Below are positions 1-11,017 of a stretch of DNA of 64,000 nucleotides, piece after piece. A model generated the notes under the pieces. It had not been told where the DNA came from. It did not search any database and saw only the letters and a program-made list of their open reading frames with translations. Made by a program: the position numbers and the translations under genes. The stretch's first letter is position 1, and the number at the start of each line of letters is the position of its first letter. The stretch is from an uncultured Chloroflexia bacterium (GTDB taxonomy: Bacteria; Chloroflexota; Dehalococcoidia; GIF9; UBA5629): contig CAVVVB010000010.1 of NCBI GenBank assembly GCA_963751585.1, positions 1,456 through 65,455 of the forward strand. The letters are read 5' to 3'.

Positions 1-578
1 GCAAACCGGTCTTTGCGGAGGGTGAAGGGGGTAGCGAGAAGGAGGGCAAGCTCACTGACAAGGAGATAAAGAAGAGGATGCCAGCCTTCTATGATTTCAT
101 CAACACCCTGGACCTAGATGACTTTAATAAGCGTAAGCCCTGAGGCCGGGCTGCTAAAGGGATAATTCTTATGGAAGAGAGACTGGTCAGGAAGCTGATG
201 GCGTCAATCAAGTGCGGCTCCTGCAGGTAGCACTATGAGCCAATTAATATCGATGTTCTTGCTCACAGCGAGGACACATGCCTGCTTAGGGTGTAGAGTG
301 CGTTCTGCCATACTCAGAGCCTGGTGGTAGCCATAATCAAGGAGCAGCGGAAGCCGGAGGTTGTTACTGACCTCACTAGGGCGGAAATCTTAAGGTTCCA
401 CGCCTCCAGCCTAGTGGGGGAAGATGAAGTGCTGGATATGCACCGTTTCCTGAGGGAGTTTGACGGCGACTTTGCCGCGCTTGTCGGTGAGAGGCGGTAA
501 AGCCCGGTCGCCGTGTGATGGATGGGAGCCCTGCAGTGCGCTCTCAGGGCTTACTGAACACCACCAGAACGGCATCAT

Positions 579-1124
579 ATGGTAGAAGAAACCTGTGATC
601 TATGCGGCTACACAAGTATACTCGGGCCTGTGGAAGAATGCTCTATCGTGCCCAATGACATTGCCCGAGCCGCTGGCATGCCCAAATCACAAACTATAAG
701 AATGTGTCGCAATTGTCGTAGGGAACTTGATACATGGTTTTCAGCTAAAGTGGCGAAAATGGTTTACGATATAGGGATGCAGCGATTTAGGTACAGGACT
801 CATACCGAAATGGTTAAGGAATACCAATCGGAATTCAATGCGTTTGTAGACTATAGGAAGAGACGAGGGGGTAGCCAATGGCGGGAAGAGGCTATCCAGT
901 TAAAGAGTGACAAACTAGCCACGTCCCCGACCGCAACTAAGAAAGAAGTCCCGCCTCCAGACCCTTTCCTCGACGCCGCCAGGCAACTGGCACGGGAGCA
1001 CAAGCACATATCCACTTCTTTCTTGCAGCGGCGACTCCGCATCGGGTATCCCAAGGCAGCACGTATTATGGAACAGCTTGAGGAGCAAAGCGCTAAAGAG
1101 GGAGGGGCAAGAAGTGGAATTTGA
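579..1124 (+). CDS. Small protein with N-terminal Cys-rich zinc-ribbon (CxxC...CxxC) and C-terminal FtsK gamma-like winged-helix domain
   Basis: The C-terminus ISTSFLQRRLRIGYPKAARIMEQLEEQ matches the FtsK gamma (KOPS-binding) domain signature. The N-terminus carries CDLCG...CRNCRR. No ATPase domain is present. Confidence 0.55.
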   Translation: MVEETCDLCGYTSILGPVEECSIVPNDIARAAGMPKSQTIRMCRNCRRELDTWFSAKVAKMVYDIGMQRFRYRTHTEMVKEYQSEFNAFVDYRKRRGGSQWREEAIQLKSDKLATSPTATKKEVPPPDPFLDAARQLAREHKHISTSFLQRRLRIGYPKAARIMEQLEEQSAKEGGARSGI

Positions 1125-1519
1125 GGTTGGACGGGGACGCAATGGCACGTCTCGGGAAGTCGACCAGGGAAGAAGGAAAGAGGTATCCAATATCTATAAC
1201 ATAGGGCTTATACTCTATACCAACCATTCCTAACTCCTACCTGTGTTGTTCTTTCCCTAAGTATAACCCCCCTTTCGGTAAGATTGGAATACCGGACACC
1301 AGGCGGTCCTTCCTTACCTGTGTTTCCAAGTTGAAGACTCGTAGCCTGATAAGTAACCTGCGGCGTTGGCTTAGCTTGGGCCTGGACAAGGCTAGACGTG
1401 GAACTATGAAAACCCAGATACGCATAATCACAGTCCAGACTTCAGAGTGAGGCCAGCGTTTAGTGTCTTGGCAATTGAGCTTATCCATTTAAAACAGCAA
1501 CTCGACAGGAGGCGGGTGA

Positions 1520-1930
1520 GTGGCTAACCAGTTGAAACACATTCAGGCACATTTGAAGAGTGAGCGCAAGCGCCTAACTGAGGAGCTAAAGTTAAAGGTA
1601 ATTCCGAGTGCTGCTGAAAGGCATGAGGGCAGCCCCTTTGGCAAGAGGGAAGAAACGGCTACGGAGTGCTCTGAATTAGAGAAGCGGCTTGCCTTGCTGC
1701 AGCGTACCAGAGAACAGCTTGCTGAGGTGGAATGTGCTCTGGAGAAATTGGGAAAGGGGACGTACGGCCTGTGTGATTCCTGTGGCAAGCCTATCCCCCT
1801 TGCTCGGTTAGAAGCCATGCCCCAAGCAAACCTTTGTTTGGACTGTAAGGCTCGTCATGCTAAAAACGGTAAAGATAAGTCTCACGGGCAAGGAGAAGTG
1901 GGCCATCGAGAAGTTCAAGGAGATAAATGA
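1520..1930 (+). CDS. DksA/TraR family C4-type zinc finger protein
   Basis: Coiled-coil N-terminus followed by CDSCGKPIPLARLEAMPQANLCLDC, a four-Cys DksA/TraR finger. The true C-terminus may be earlier than the ORF stop. Confidence 0.6.
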   Translation: MANQLKHIQAHLKSERKRLTEELKLKVIPSAAERHEGSPFGKREETATECSELEKRLALLQRTREQLAEVECALEKLGKGTYGLCDSCGKPIPLARLEAMPQANLCLDCKARHAKNGKDKSHGQGEVGHREVQGDK

Positions 1931-2284
1931 GGCATTCAGTGTCCTCGGCAATCCGGCGAAAGAAGGCAGTACGACCAGTTCGGAACGTTGGGGAATGCCA
2001 GTGGCATTTTCGTTAGCCATTACACCAGAGCCGGTTTTGAGGTCTTGATGAAAGATTTCGGTGGTGCTGGGCTGGGGTTCGACTTTCTTGATGACATATT
2101 CGGCGACTTTTTCAAAGGCGATGGCACTATTGGGCTCAGTATTAAGCGTAAGGCCTCTACTAACAGTAAGAAATGGAGAGTTAGTACCTTCTGGCCAAGT
2201 CCGAACCCGTTCTCAAGGCACAGACCGATTATTGGATTTTGTGAAGCATGCTACAGAAATTCAAGATTTGGCCATTTTGCATAG
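1857..2284 (+). pseudogene. dnaJ remnant: J-domain tail and Gly/Phe-rich region fragments in shifted frames
   Basis: KFKEINEAFSVLGNP and FGGAGLGFDFLDDIFGDFF resemble DnaJ J-domain and G/F-rich segments. They are split across two frames, with no Zn-finger or C-terminal domains. Confidence 0.45.
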
Positions 2285-2438
2285 CACTACACCCGATGGA
2301 GCGCAAGCCCTCGTTGAGAGTACGAGTTCTATATTCTCTAAAGAGCGCACTATATTAGCCAGACTTGGACCCGCGTTGGGTGTGCACGGTGGACCAGGCA
2401 TTTTAGCTATAGCACTGAGAGAGAAAGGGCTTCCATAG
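2061..2438 (+). pseudogene. DegV family protein C-terminal fragment
   Basis: AILHSTTPDGAQALVE...LARLGPALGVHGGPGILAIALRE is nearly identical in pattern to the C-termini of the intact DegV genes at 54123-54914 and 55337-56179. The N-terminal two-thirds is absent. Confidence 0.6.
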
Positions 2439-2496
2439 AGTGTGAATGTAGGCAAGTCTCTAGTAATGTAATATTTTACAACCAATAGGTGAGGAA

Positions 2497-4041
2497 ATGG
2501 GCTTAGAAAAAGGGAGAAAACATAAGGAGTCTTTCTCTGAAGATGAAAACTTTAGGGAGTTGTACTCGGACGAGACGCCCAGGACCGATTTAGAATCAGA
2601 TACGTTATACAGTTCCTCTATTGGATCTGGTGAAGAGTTGGTGAGTGAAAATATAACCGAACCGACTGAACTGTGGGAGGAAATCAAGGAACTAGAGGCT
2701 GAGAAGCCCGAACTAATAGCAGATTTAGAAATGGAAACGCCTCTGGAAGAACTGGTGGAGCCGGAAATAACAGATGACCCAATTCGTATATATCTTCATG
2801 AGATTTGCAGGGTGCATCTCCTCACTGCTGAGGATGAGAAGGCGCTAGCCAAAAATGTGGAGTTGGGCAAATGCATCAGAGAGATAAGACAACAACACAC
2901 AAAGCAATACGGAAGGGCTCCTTCGGCAGCTGAGATAGTACTTATAATACTCAAAGAGCTGGGGCGGGCCGCTTCTGTGGTGCCCCTCCTCCAAAAGCAA
3001 TTTGATCTAACCCCAACAACCAATTTAAAAGGTAGTGCCAACATCGAATTGCAAGATAAAATTGGTAACACTCTTGACCAGCAACTGGTTCAAACTGTTG
3101 CTACCAAGCTAAATAAGTCTATGGTAGAGGCAGAACAGCTTATTGTTAATCTATCGGTAGATAGTAAGCTGGTACCAAAGGAAGTCCTTGATGCTATCGG
3201 AGATAATGTCTCTCTCACTGACATGGATAAGCTAGTAACAGACATTGCCTTCTTCGGTTCCCTCCGGGCTCATGAAAAGCAATTCGCCGCATACTTTGCC
3301 AATATCGAGTGTAAAGCCCAAAAAGCAGGAAGGCATCTTATCGAGGCCAACCTGCGTCTGGTGGTCAGCGTCGCCAAGAAACACATTGGACGGGGCATGG
3401 CGCTCCTTGACCTTATTCAAGAGGGAAATATCGGACTAATGAGAGTCGTGGAGAAATTCGATTATCGTAAAGGTTTCAAATTCAGTACGTATGCCACCTG
3501 GTGGATTCGCCAGGCCCTTACGAGAGCTGTAGCCGACCAGGCCCGTACCATTCGCCTTCCAGTTCATATGGTTGAGATCACTAATAGACTGCTAAAAATA
3601 AGCCGTCGTCTGGCCCAGGAATATGGAAGGGAGCCCACCTCCAGTGAAATCGCCAAGGAGATGGAAATATCTTCAGATAAGGTTAGAGAGATTGTCAAAG
3701 TATCACGGTTGCCAATATCGCTGGATTCACCCATAGGCGAAGAGGAAGGCAGTCCCCAGGGTAACTCTATAGAGGATAGAAATGCCTTGCCACCGATTGA
3801 TGCCGCGTCCAAACAACTCTTGAAGGAGCAAATCGAGGATGTGCTCCACACACTTACTCCTCGTGAGCAGCGAATACTCCAACTCAGATTTGGTCTCGAG
3901 GACGGACGAAGTCGCACGTTAGAGGAGGTGGGCAAGGAGTTTAACGTAACTAGAGAGCGGATTCGCCAGATCGAAGCTAAGGCACTGCGCAGATTGCGCC
4001 ACCCCAGCCGCAGCCGAAAACTGCTGGATTACCTTGAATAA
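2497..4041 (+). CDS. rpoD: RNA polymerase primary sigma factor (sigma-70 family)
   Basis: Acidic N-terminal region. Region 2 is [56 protein letters not shown]. Region 4 is [30 protein letters not shown]. Confidence 0.9.
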   Translation: MGLEKGRKHKESFSEDENFRELYSDETPRTDLESDTLYSSSIGSGEELVSENITEPTELWEEIKELEAEKPELIADLEMETPLEELVEPEITDDPIRIYLHEICRVHLLTAEDEKALAKNVELGKCIREIRQQHTKQYGRAPSAAEIVLIILKELGRAASVVPLLQKQFDLTPTTNLKGSANIELQDKIGNTLDQQLVQTVATKLNKSMVEAEQLIVNLSVDSKLVPKEVLDAIGDNVSLTDMDKLVTDIAFFGSLRAHEKQFAAYFANIECKAQKAGRHLIEANLRLVVSVAKKHIGRGMALLDLIQEGNIGLMRVVEKFDYRKGFKFSTYATWWIRQALTRAVADQARTIRLPVHMVEITNRLLKISRRLAQEYGREPTSSEIAKEMEISSDKVREIVKVSRLPISLDSPIGEEEGSPQGNSIEDRNALPPIDAASKQLLKEQIEDVLHTLTPREQRILQLRFGLEDGRSRTLEEVGKEFNVTRERIRQIEAKALRRLRHPSRSRKLLDYLE

Positions 4042-4327
4042 AAGACTACTTGAATATCCCAGTAAAATTCTTGGGTAGCTTACCGCGTACCCCCTATCAA
4101 TAAGATACTATAACTGGGGAAGCCCCAGAGGAACTGCCAGCAATGCTACCAAGAAGGCTACAGTCAAGGCTATGAACAGGGCAAGAAAGACTGCCAGATA
4201 TGGTATTTCTGTGACCAATGTGGTGACAGGATAAACGTATCGCCAGATAGCAATTCTCACAAAGCCCTCATTGGGCTATATGAAGGAGCATGGCTGGGGA
4301 CATAAACAGTGCCATGAGAAGGCATGG

Positions 4328-4589
4328 CCCAGCCGGCGGATTTGGAGAGGGAATAACAAATGGAAGACATCAGAAAGGAAAAACAGGAAGATCAGGAAAG
4401 CGAAGCCATAAAGAAATTCTATGAAACTCGCCCTGGTTGGAGTCTGCTGCAAGTTGCTAAGTGTCCTACTCTTGGCTGCGGCAAGCCTCTCTACTGCAAA
4501 GAGCACCAGTACGCCTACAGAAAATGGTGGGTTAACCTTAGCATAGGACTGAAATGATAAGTTGTCCAGCCGGCGGATTTGGAAAGGGA
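4328..4589. repeat. 24-bp direct repeat CCAGCCGGCGGATTTGGA(G/A)AGGGA at 4328-4351 and 4566-4589, flanking a 65-aa Cys-containing ORF (4360-4557)
   Basis: Two 23/24-identical copies read directly from the sequence. The first copy supplies an SD-like GGAGAGGGA 8 nt upstream of the ORF ATG. Confidence 0.5.
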
Positions 4590-4755
4590 CTACGGTTATT
4601 ATTGCCAGCCCAACAATCTAGCGTTGCACCTTTTGGCTAATTGTACATAACCGCAGTGCCTAGTAAAGTTATTTGACCACTATAGCTGGATGCACATTTA
4701 AGTTTTTAATTATACATTTTTCTTGGCGAACAGATAGAAAAGGAAACTGCAGTGT

Positions 4756-5833
4756 TTAGGCGCCGTTATTCACAATGGTTTTCAGAAACACTAGGATACG
4801 CTCTGTAGTCATTTGCCAGGTTGGATGAGATTCAAAACGGCGATGGGCATTAAGGCTCATTAACAGTAACCGATCGCGGTCCCGATACAGGTCATTCAGA
4901 TATCCTGCTAAGGATCCTGTGTCACCTACTTGTATTAATAACCCATCCCTGTCATGTGTTATTATTTCGGCGGCTGCCCCAGCTGTGGAAGCGATAGCAG
5001 GCAAACCAAATCCCATTCCTTCTAGGTAAACGATGCCAAAGCCTTCATAAGAAGATGGCATGACCAAGACATGGCTTTTCTTCAGCCAAGTTACAAGCTC
5101 GGTATCAGGTATGGATCCCAGAAACAAGGACTCTATCGGCGAGCCCGTTTTCTTTCACCCAGCGACGGATAGTGCTTACATAGGGCTTATCCATAAATAG
5201 ATCACCAGCTACAGTCAGGGTGCATATATCCCGTGGGAGCTGCGCTATTGCCGCTAGTAACGTGTGTATCTCTTTACGGCGAATGACGTTGCCGACAAAT
5301 AATATGCGTAGTGGTCCGGGGTCTTTTGCTCGGGTTGCGATTTCCTCCTCTGTAATGCACGCGGAAAATCTATTCCCGCCTGGATAAGCTACGATAGATG
5401 GACATTTTGCCCCTACAATCCTTTCCACTGAACAGCGCGTAGTCTGGCTGTTGAATATAAAACCATCAATAGTCATCAAGTATCGACGCTCGATTTCACC
5501 ATAGAGCCGTTTTTGCCAAGCCGAGCATCGCTCACTGCTGCGTAAATGGTGAACAATAGAAATAATCGGGTAAGAGACCCTAGTGCGTAAATTTTGATTA
5601 AGGAGAAAGAATGCTGGGTGAGTTGCTTCATCTTGAATAAGAATGTCGAGGGGCAATTGCCTCAAGTGTTTGGCGAGCGAAAATATGTGGCGATAGTAGT
5701 TAGAGTACGGCTGGGAAATAATGTCTACCTTATGCCCCTTATCGCGCAGATACTCGACTAGCATACGGTTATAAAGATAACCGCCAGTAAGCGTCTCCAG
5801 ACCGCCGAAAATCGCCATACCAACGCGCAACAA
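4756..5833 (-). CDS. GT4 (group 1) glycosyltransferase, interrupted by one frameshift near 5105-5127
   Basis: The N-terminal ORF (5833->5105) starts MAIFGGLETLTGGY. The C-terminal ORF (5127->4756) carries the EGFGIVYLEGMGFGLPAIAS GT4 motif. The two ORFs overlap in different frames. Confidence 0.7.
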
Positions 5834-6110
5834 AAACTCCTTTCGACAGGAAGCCCTAATGATCTGCCTCTAATCGATTTACTAAAGCAATAAGCATCAT
5901 CTGTATCACTAAAAGAGGGCCTGTAAATTCAAGATTTACTTAGTTCAACCCTGCTTGTCAGATAGTAGCACTTGCTAAAACATCAATCAACCTGGGGTCG
6001 CTCTTGATGATTGCACAAAGCGTTAAATTGTGCCTCCTCTAATCGCGCCTGCACCTTTTAGCGAATTGTTCAGTTGCAATATGAGAATCAATGCTTTAAT
6101 CTGAAACAGT

Positions 6111-6908
6111 ATGGATATTCCTTTCTCAAGATGGTATCCCGCTATTGAAAAGCGAAGGTCCCGCAGGCATTTTGATGAAAGCCGACCAATTGAAGCTGAC
6201 ACGCTGTTAGCCCTTGATACAGTGTGTAAACGGTTCATACCTTTTCCCAGTGCCCGGTCGTGTCTTGTGACCGAATCGGCAGAAGGCGTTTTCAGAGGCG
6301 CTGTTGGTAACTATGGAAAGATCAAAGATGCACCGGCATTTATTGCTTTTATTGGAAATATGGACAGTGGCACTGTTCAGGAGGAAGTAGGTTATACAGG
6401 AGAGGGGGTCATACTGGAGGCAACTGCTCTTGGGTTGAATACATGTTGGGTTGGTGGCTTCTTTAGGCCCGAGGGCGTGGCTTCACTGGTGGAAATCAAG
6501 AGTAACGAACGGGTATTGGCCGTGACCCCGGTAGGTTATGCACGCAGACTCGAATCGCTGGAAGAGAAGTCAATGACCGGTTTTGGACGTACCCATCGGC
6601 GCCTCCCGGTTTCAAGATTAATTAGCGGTTCGGGCCGAGGTGAGTTGCCGGAATGGGCAAGGGCATCTATTCAAGCTGCCAGCCTTGCTCCTTCTGCGGT
6701 AAATCGTCAACCCTGGGGTTTTGACGTGGAAGATGGTAGTATCACAGTTTATGTTAGAACCACTGGCCCGGAGTTTAATGTCTCCAAGCGTCTTGATTGC
6801 GGGATTGCCATGCTGCATATTGAGGTGGCGGCGCTGAGCCTCGGGGTGAGAGGCGAGTGGCAGTTCCTGAAGGCCCCCCAGGTAGCCAGGTTCAGTGCTT
6901 TAGCGTAG
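6111..6908 (+). CDS. Nitroreductase family protein
   Basis: RRSRRHFD nitroreductase N-terminal signature and a duplicated nitroreductase-fold pattern. Confidence 0.7.
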   Translation: MDIPFSRWYPAIEKRRSRRHFDESRPIEADTLLALDTVCKRFIPFPSARSCLVTESAEGVFRGAVGNYGKIKDAPAFIAFIGNMDSGTVQEEVGYTGEGVILEATALGLNTCWVGGFFRPEGVASLVEIKSNERVLAVTPVGYARRLESLEEKSMTGFGRTHRRLPVSRLISGSGRGELPEWARASIQAASLAPSAVNRQPWGFDVEDGSITVYVRTTGPEFNVSKRLDCGIAMLHIEVAALSLGVRGEWQFLKAPQVARFSALA

Positions 6909-7052
6909 ATAGCCTATGACGAACCAGAAGCATAAACAACTTGATTATCTTCTGCCGTTGATTTTAGGATTCAATAATCTTAAGCTCATTGGGCGAATTC
7001 CAGGTTGTCTACAAGGTAAAGGAAAACCCAATACGAAGGGAGAGTTGAAATA

Positions 7053-8174
7053 ATGAAAACGGATAAATTAGAGGATACCTCACAGAAGCTATTGTCTTTG
7101 GCAGGGATAAAGATTAACGGAAACAATCCGTGGGATATCAGGGTATATAATGAGAAGTTTCATCAGAGAGTCTTAGCTCAAGGTTCACTTGGTCTAGGAG
7201 AATCTTATATGGATGGTTGGTGGGAATGTGAGGCACTGGAGGAATTCTTTTTCCGAGTCATCCGCGCGCAAATACAGAATAGAATCAGAAAGAACTGGAC
7301 ATTGCTTTATGAAGTCCTGCTGGCACGGGCTCTTAATATACAGTCTAGAAAGAGAGCTTTTCAGATTGGGGAGAAACATTATGATTTGGGTAACGAACTA
7401 TTTGTCAATATGCTAGACAAGCGTATGGTTTATAGTTGTGGTTATTGGAAAGATGCTCACACTCTGGATACAGCTCAAGAGAACAAGTTGGAATTAATAT
7501 GCCAGAAATTAGGGTTGCAACACGGCATGAGGATACTTGATATCGGTTGTGGTTGGGGTAGTTTCGTAAAATATGCTGCCGAGAAATATCAGGTTAAAGT
7601 AGTTGGGATCACGGTGTCCAGAGAACAAGTGGAGTTCGGACGAACGTTGTGTGCGGGGCTTCCGGTTGAAATTAGATTTCAGGATTACAGAGATGTAAAC
7701 GAAAAATTTGATCGTATCGTGTCGGTAGGTATGATTGAACATGTAGGTTATAAGAATTACCGTACATATATGGAAGTAGTTTACCGATGTTTAGAGGATG
7801 ACGGCCTATTTTTGTTACATACCATCGGTGGAAATAAATCGGTGATCTCTGTCGATCCTTGGATGAATAGATATATCTTCCCCAACGGGATGCTGCCCTC
7901 AATTAAACAGCTGGGCCAGGCGATGGAGGGTTTGTTTGTCATGGAAGACTGGCATAACTTGAGCGCTGATTATGATAGAACATTGATGGAGTGGTACGGA
8001 AATCTAGAGAAAAATTGGAACAAGCTAAAATCAAATTACGATGAAAGGTTTCATAGAATGTGGAAGTACTATCTGCTATCGTGTGCAGGAGCGTTCCGCG
8101 CCAGAGGAAATCAATTGTGGCAAATTGTTCTTTCCACAAACGGTCTTATTGGAGGCTATAAATCTGTACGCTGA
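7053..8174 (+). CDS. cfa: Cyclopropane-fatty-acyl-phospholipid synthase
   Basis: KHYDLGNELFVNMLDKRMVYSCGYW plus SAM-binding LDIGCGWGSFVKYAAEKY and conserved downstream CFA blocks. Confidence 0.85.
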   Translation: MKTDKLEDTSQKLLSLAGIKINGNNPWDIRVYNEKFHQRVLAQGSLGLGESYMDGWWECEALEEFFFRVIRAQIQNRIRKNWTLLYEVLLARALNIQSRKRAFQIGEKHYDLGNELFVNMLDKRMVYSCGYWKDAHTLDTAQENKLELICQKLGLQHGMRILDIGCGWGSFVKYAAEKYQVKVVGITVSREQVEFGRTLCAGLPVEIRFQDYRDVNEKFDRIVSVGMIEHVGYKNYRTYMEVVYRCLEDDGLFLLHTIGGNKSVISVDPWMNRYIFPNGMLPSIKQLGQAMEGLFVMEDWHNLSADYDRTLMEWYGNLEKNWNKLKSNYDERFHRMWKYYLLSCAGAFRARGNQLWQIVLSTNGLIGGYKSVR

Positions 8175-8314
8175 AAAGCAGATCATCTCATAACACCGTG
8201 GATCTCGGCGACCCAGTGCTTATCAGCCAATTGAACAGTCTGCCGGTGTTGACCTATGGGTAACAATCGTCCAAATTGTGATTTCTAGGATATGACAAAC
8301 AGAAAGAGGATGGG

Positions 8315-8536
8315 GTGAATAATTTTAACGTAAGTTGCTACTCAGGTCATACCTATGCCGAAAGACCGCAATCTTTCCAATGGGAAGGCAGAAACTATGA
8401 GGTTGAGGGGATAGAAAGAGCCTGGCTTGAGCCAGGAAAGAGATATTTTCAGATTCGCTCTAGGGATAACAAAATGTTCCGTCTTTGCTATGATGAGATA
8501 GAAAGGCAGTGGTCAGTGGTCGAGATCGTTCCTTAA
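8315..8536 (+). CDS. Hypothetical small protein
   Basis: ORF only, no recognisable motif. Confidence 0.25.
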   Translation: MNNFNVSCYSGHTYAERPQSFQWEGRNYEVEGIERAWLEPGKRYFQIRSRDNKMFRLCYDEIERQWSVVEIVP

Positions 8537-8607
8537 AGCTACTGCCCCCAATGGAGAAAAACAGGGTGATAGAATAGGACTCAGGCAGGTAAAGGAGTCT
8601 GAAAACG

Positions 8608-9027
8608 ATGCCGCAGAACAGATTCAATTTTAGGTTACTATTTGTCTCTGTGGTTTCCCTGCTGGATGATGCCCTAATCTTGACTCTTGCGATAATAATC
8701 CTCTCTCGATTTGGCATCCATATACCTGTCTGGCTCATCATCTTTGTTGCCATATTGTTCTTAGGCTGGACGTTCATATCGTACTTCGCTATGAGGAGGA
8801 ATCCGCAGCTCGGTTTTGAAAACATGATTGGCGCCACTGGACTCACGCTCGATTCCCTGTCGCCAAAGGGCACAATTAGGATTGGCCATGAGCGATGGGC
8901 AGCCAAAGCCCGTGGTGGCAACATAGGAACTGGAGTTGCAGTCGTGGTTGTCGGCCAGAATGGTCTATTGCTCACAGTTGTTAGGAAAAATCAAAAGGAG
9001 AGTATTGGGCCACCACCACTCCGCTAG
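8608..9027 (+). CDS. NfeD-like membrane protein (two TM helices plus C-terminal OB-fold)
   Basis: N-terminal hydrophobic helices. The C-terminus GTIRIGHERWAAKARGGNIGTGVAVVVVGQNGLLLTV is typical of the NfeD OB-fold domain. Confidence 0.55.
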   Translation: MPQNRFNFRLLFVSVVSLLDDALILTLAIIILSRFGIHIPVWLIIFVAILFLGWTFISYFAMRRNPQLGFENMIGATGLTLDSLSPKGTIRIGHERWAAKARGGNIGTGVAVVVVGQNGLLLTVVRKNQKESIGPPPLR

Positions 9028-9236
9028 CCAGGCATTCGTATGTGTGGATATGGAGAACTTCGAACATTACAAGCCCGCCTCATTCCGGCAGTGGACTGAA
9101 ACCTTCCAAGACTACAAAAGAAAACATAACAAAGCGCTGCACGTGTTTAAGATTGCACGAAACGTCACTTTGTTACCTCTTCATTTTATTACTGGATGCC
9201 TGTAACGAACATCTATTTTGGCTTGATTGATCTATG

Positions 9237-10007
9237 CTATCTGATAATGCGGCTGAAAGACGTGGAGGCAAGGGTAACTAACACCGCCGTCGCCAGTACC
9301 GTGATACCAAAGTCCATGGCTATATGGCTGTAGTCTGCGGTAACCAGCAGCGCCCGCATGGCATCCACGATATAGCTAAGAGGGTTAATATGGGCTATCA
9401 CCTTGAGCCAGGTGGGCATGATATCAATCGGGTAGATGGCGCTTGAGGCAAAGAAGAGGGGCATCATAATAGCCTGGCCGATGCCCATCATACGCTCCCG
9501 GGTCTTAAAAAATGAAGCCAGGAAGATGGACAGGCCGGAGAAGCACATGCCGGTGAGAATAATAATGACAAGCACGCCGATGATACTAACCGGAGTCAAT
9601 ATCAGGTGGACGCGGATGATGACCGCCAGGATAAATACCACCAGCGCCTGGATGACCGAGCGTACCCCGGCGGAGAGAGTTTTACCGAGAACGATGCTGT
9701 AGCGCGGGATAGGGGTGGACAGCAGCTTATGCAGCAGGCCCATGTCCCGGTCCATGACCATGTTAAACCCATAGAAAATGGCGACAAAGATGACTGACTG
9801 CGCCAGCACGCCCGGGGTCAGGAACTGCAGGTAACTGTAGTTCCCGGTGTTTATCATGCGCACCTTGGACATAACCTCGCCGAAGACGAGCAGCCACAGG
9901 ATCGGCTGTATCGCCCGGATGAATACCTGCGACGAATCGTGCCAGATCTTCCTCAACTCGAACTCGGTGATGGTGAAGATATCTTGGAATAGTCGGATTG
10001 CCTTCAT
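9237..10007 (-). CDS. ABC-2 type exporter permease
   Basis: Six-TM ABC-2 architecture. Likely translationally coupled to the upstream ATPase. Confidence 0.7.
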   Translation of the reverse strand: MKAIRLFQDIFTITEFELRKIWHDSSQVFIRAIQPILWLLVFGEVMSKVRMINTGNYSYLQFLTPGVLAQSVIFVAIFYGFNMVMDRDMGLLHKLLSTPIPRYSIVLGKTLSAGVRSVIQALVVFILAVIIRVHLILTPVSIIGVLVIIILTGMCFSGLSIFLASFFKTRERMMGIGQAIMMPLFFASSAIYPIDIMPTWLKVIAHINPLSYIVDAMRALLVTADYSHIAMDFGITVLATAVLVTLASTSFSRIIR

Positions 10008-10010
10008 TTA

Positions 10011-11017
10011 GCCATGCCTCCTTGCCGTTCTGCGGACGGCTCTCGTTGTCCGCCATGTCAGGTCGCCCTCGCCGATGCGCTGTGCCGGCATATTTGAGGA
10101 AGACGTCATCCAGAGTGCCTACTTTCAGCGAGACTGATGCCGTGCTGACACCCCGGCTCTTCAGTTTTTCGATAATCTCCGGGTATTTTCTTTTCTCCAT
10201 CATCAACCACCAGGTCGCAGGCGCTGTCCTGGGACTGGGGCAGGAGCTGGTAGCCCAAGCTCTTGCAGCACCTGGTGGCAATCGTGATTGTCCGAGGTGA
10301 TACTGATGATATCGCCGCCCAGCTCTGCTCTTGAGCTTGTCCGGCGGGCCGATGACGGCGATTTTGCCCCCGTTCATAATGGCGATGCGGTCGCAGAGGT
10401 GATCGGCCTCGTTCATGTCGTGGGTGGTGAGTCAGGATCGTGGCGTCAAACTCGTCCCGCAGCTGTTTGATATAGTCCCACACCATCCGTTTGGCTACCG
10501 GGTCAAGACCGATGCTCGGCTCATCGAGAAAAAGCACCCGGGGGCGGTTGACCAGCACCTGGCCTATCTCCAGACGCCGCATCATGCCCCCGGAATAGTT
10601 CCGTGCCAGCTCGTTGGCCTTTTCGGAAAGCTCCATGAACCTGATAACTTCCCGGATGCGCTCCTTGCGCGCCGACCTGGGGACGTGGAAGAGCTTGGCA
10701 TAGAAAAGCAGGTTCTCGTAGCCGGTGAGGTCGCCATCCACCGAGACATCCTGCGGCACGTAGCCGGATACCTCACGCGCCTGCTGCGGTTTCTTCAGGA
10801 CATCGATGCCGGCGACCTTTGCCTTACCGTCTGTCATCGGGATGAGAGTTAGCAGGCAGCGGATGGTGGTCGTCTTGCCGGCACCGTTGGGACCGAGAAG
10901 ACCGAATATCTCGCCTTTATCCACCTGGAAAGATACAGCATCTACCGCAGTGAACTGACCGAACCGCTTGGTCAGACTTTCAACTTCAATCATGTTCATC
11001 TTTGTCTTCTCCTTCAT
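10011..11017 (-). pseudogene. ABC transporter ATP-binding protein (ABC-2 partner), disrupted by at least two frameshifts
   Basis: Walker [10 protein letters not shown], signature YSGGMMRRL and Walker B LFLDEPSIGLD lie in the ORF 11017->10106. The remainder (DATILTTHDMNEADHLCDRIAIMNGGKIAVIG ... TLDDVFLKYAG) continues in other frames (ORF 10416->9763). Confidence 0.7.

Noticed and set aside
170-560. Fragments resembling a recombinase or transposase zinc-ribbon region (KCGSC..., YEPINIDVLAHSED...) split by stops
   Set aside because: Too short and motif-poor to assign; possibly debris of a mobile element. Not reported as a feature.
4110-4258. About 50-aa hydrophobic minus-strand ORF (VRIAIWRYVYPVTTLVTEIPYLAVFLALFIALTVAFLVALLAVPLGL) downstream of rpoD
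   Set aside because: Below the ORF-track threshold and no clear start codon (GTG only); noted as a possible small membrane protein but not called.
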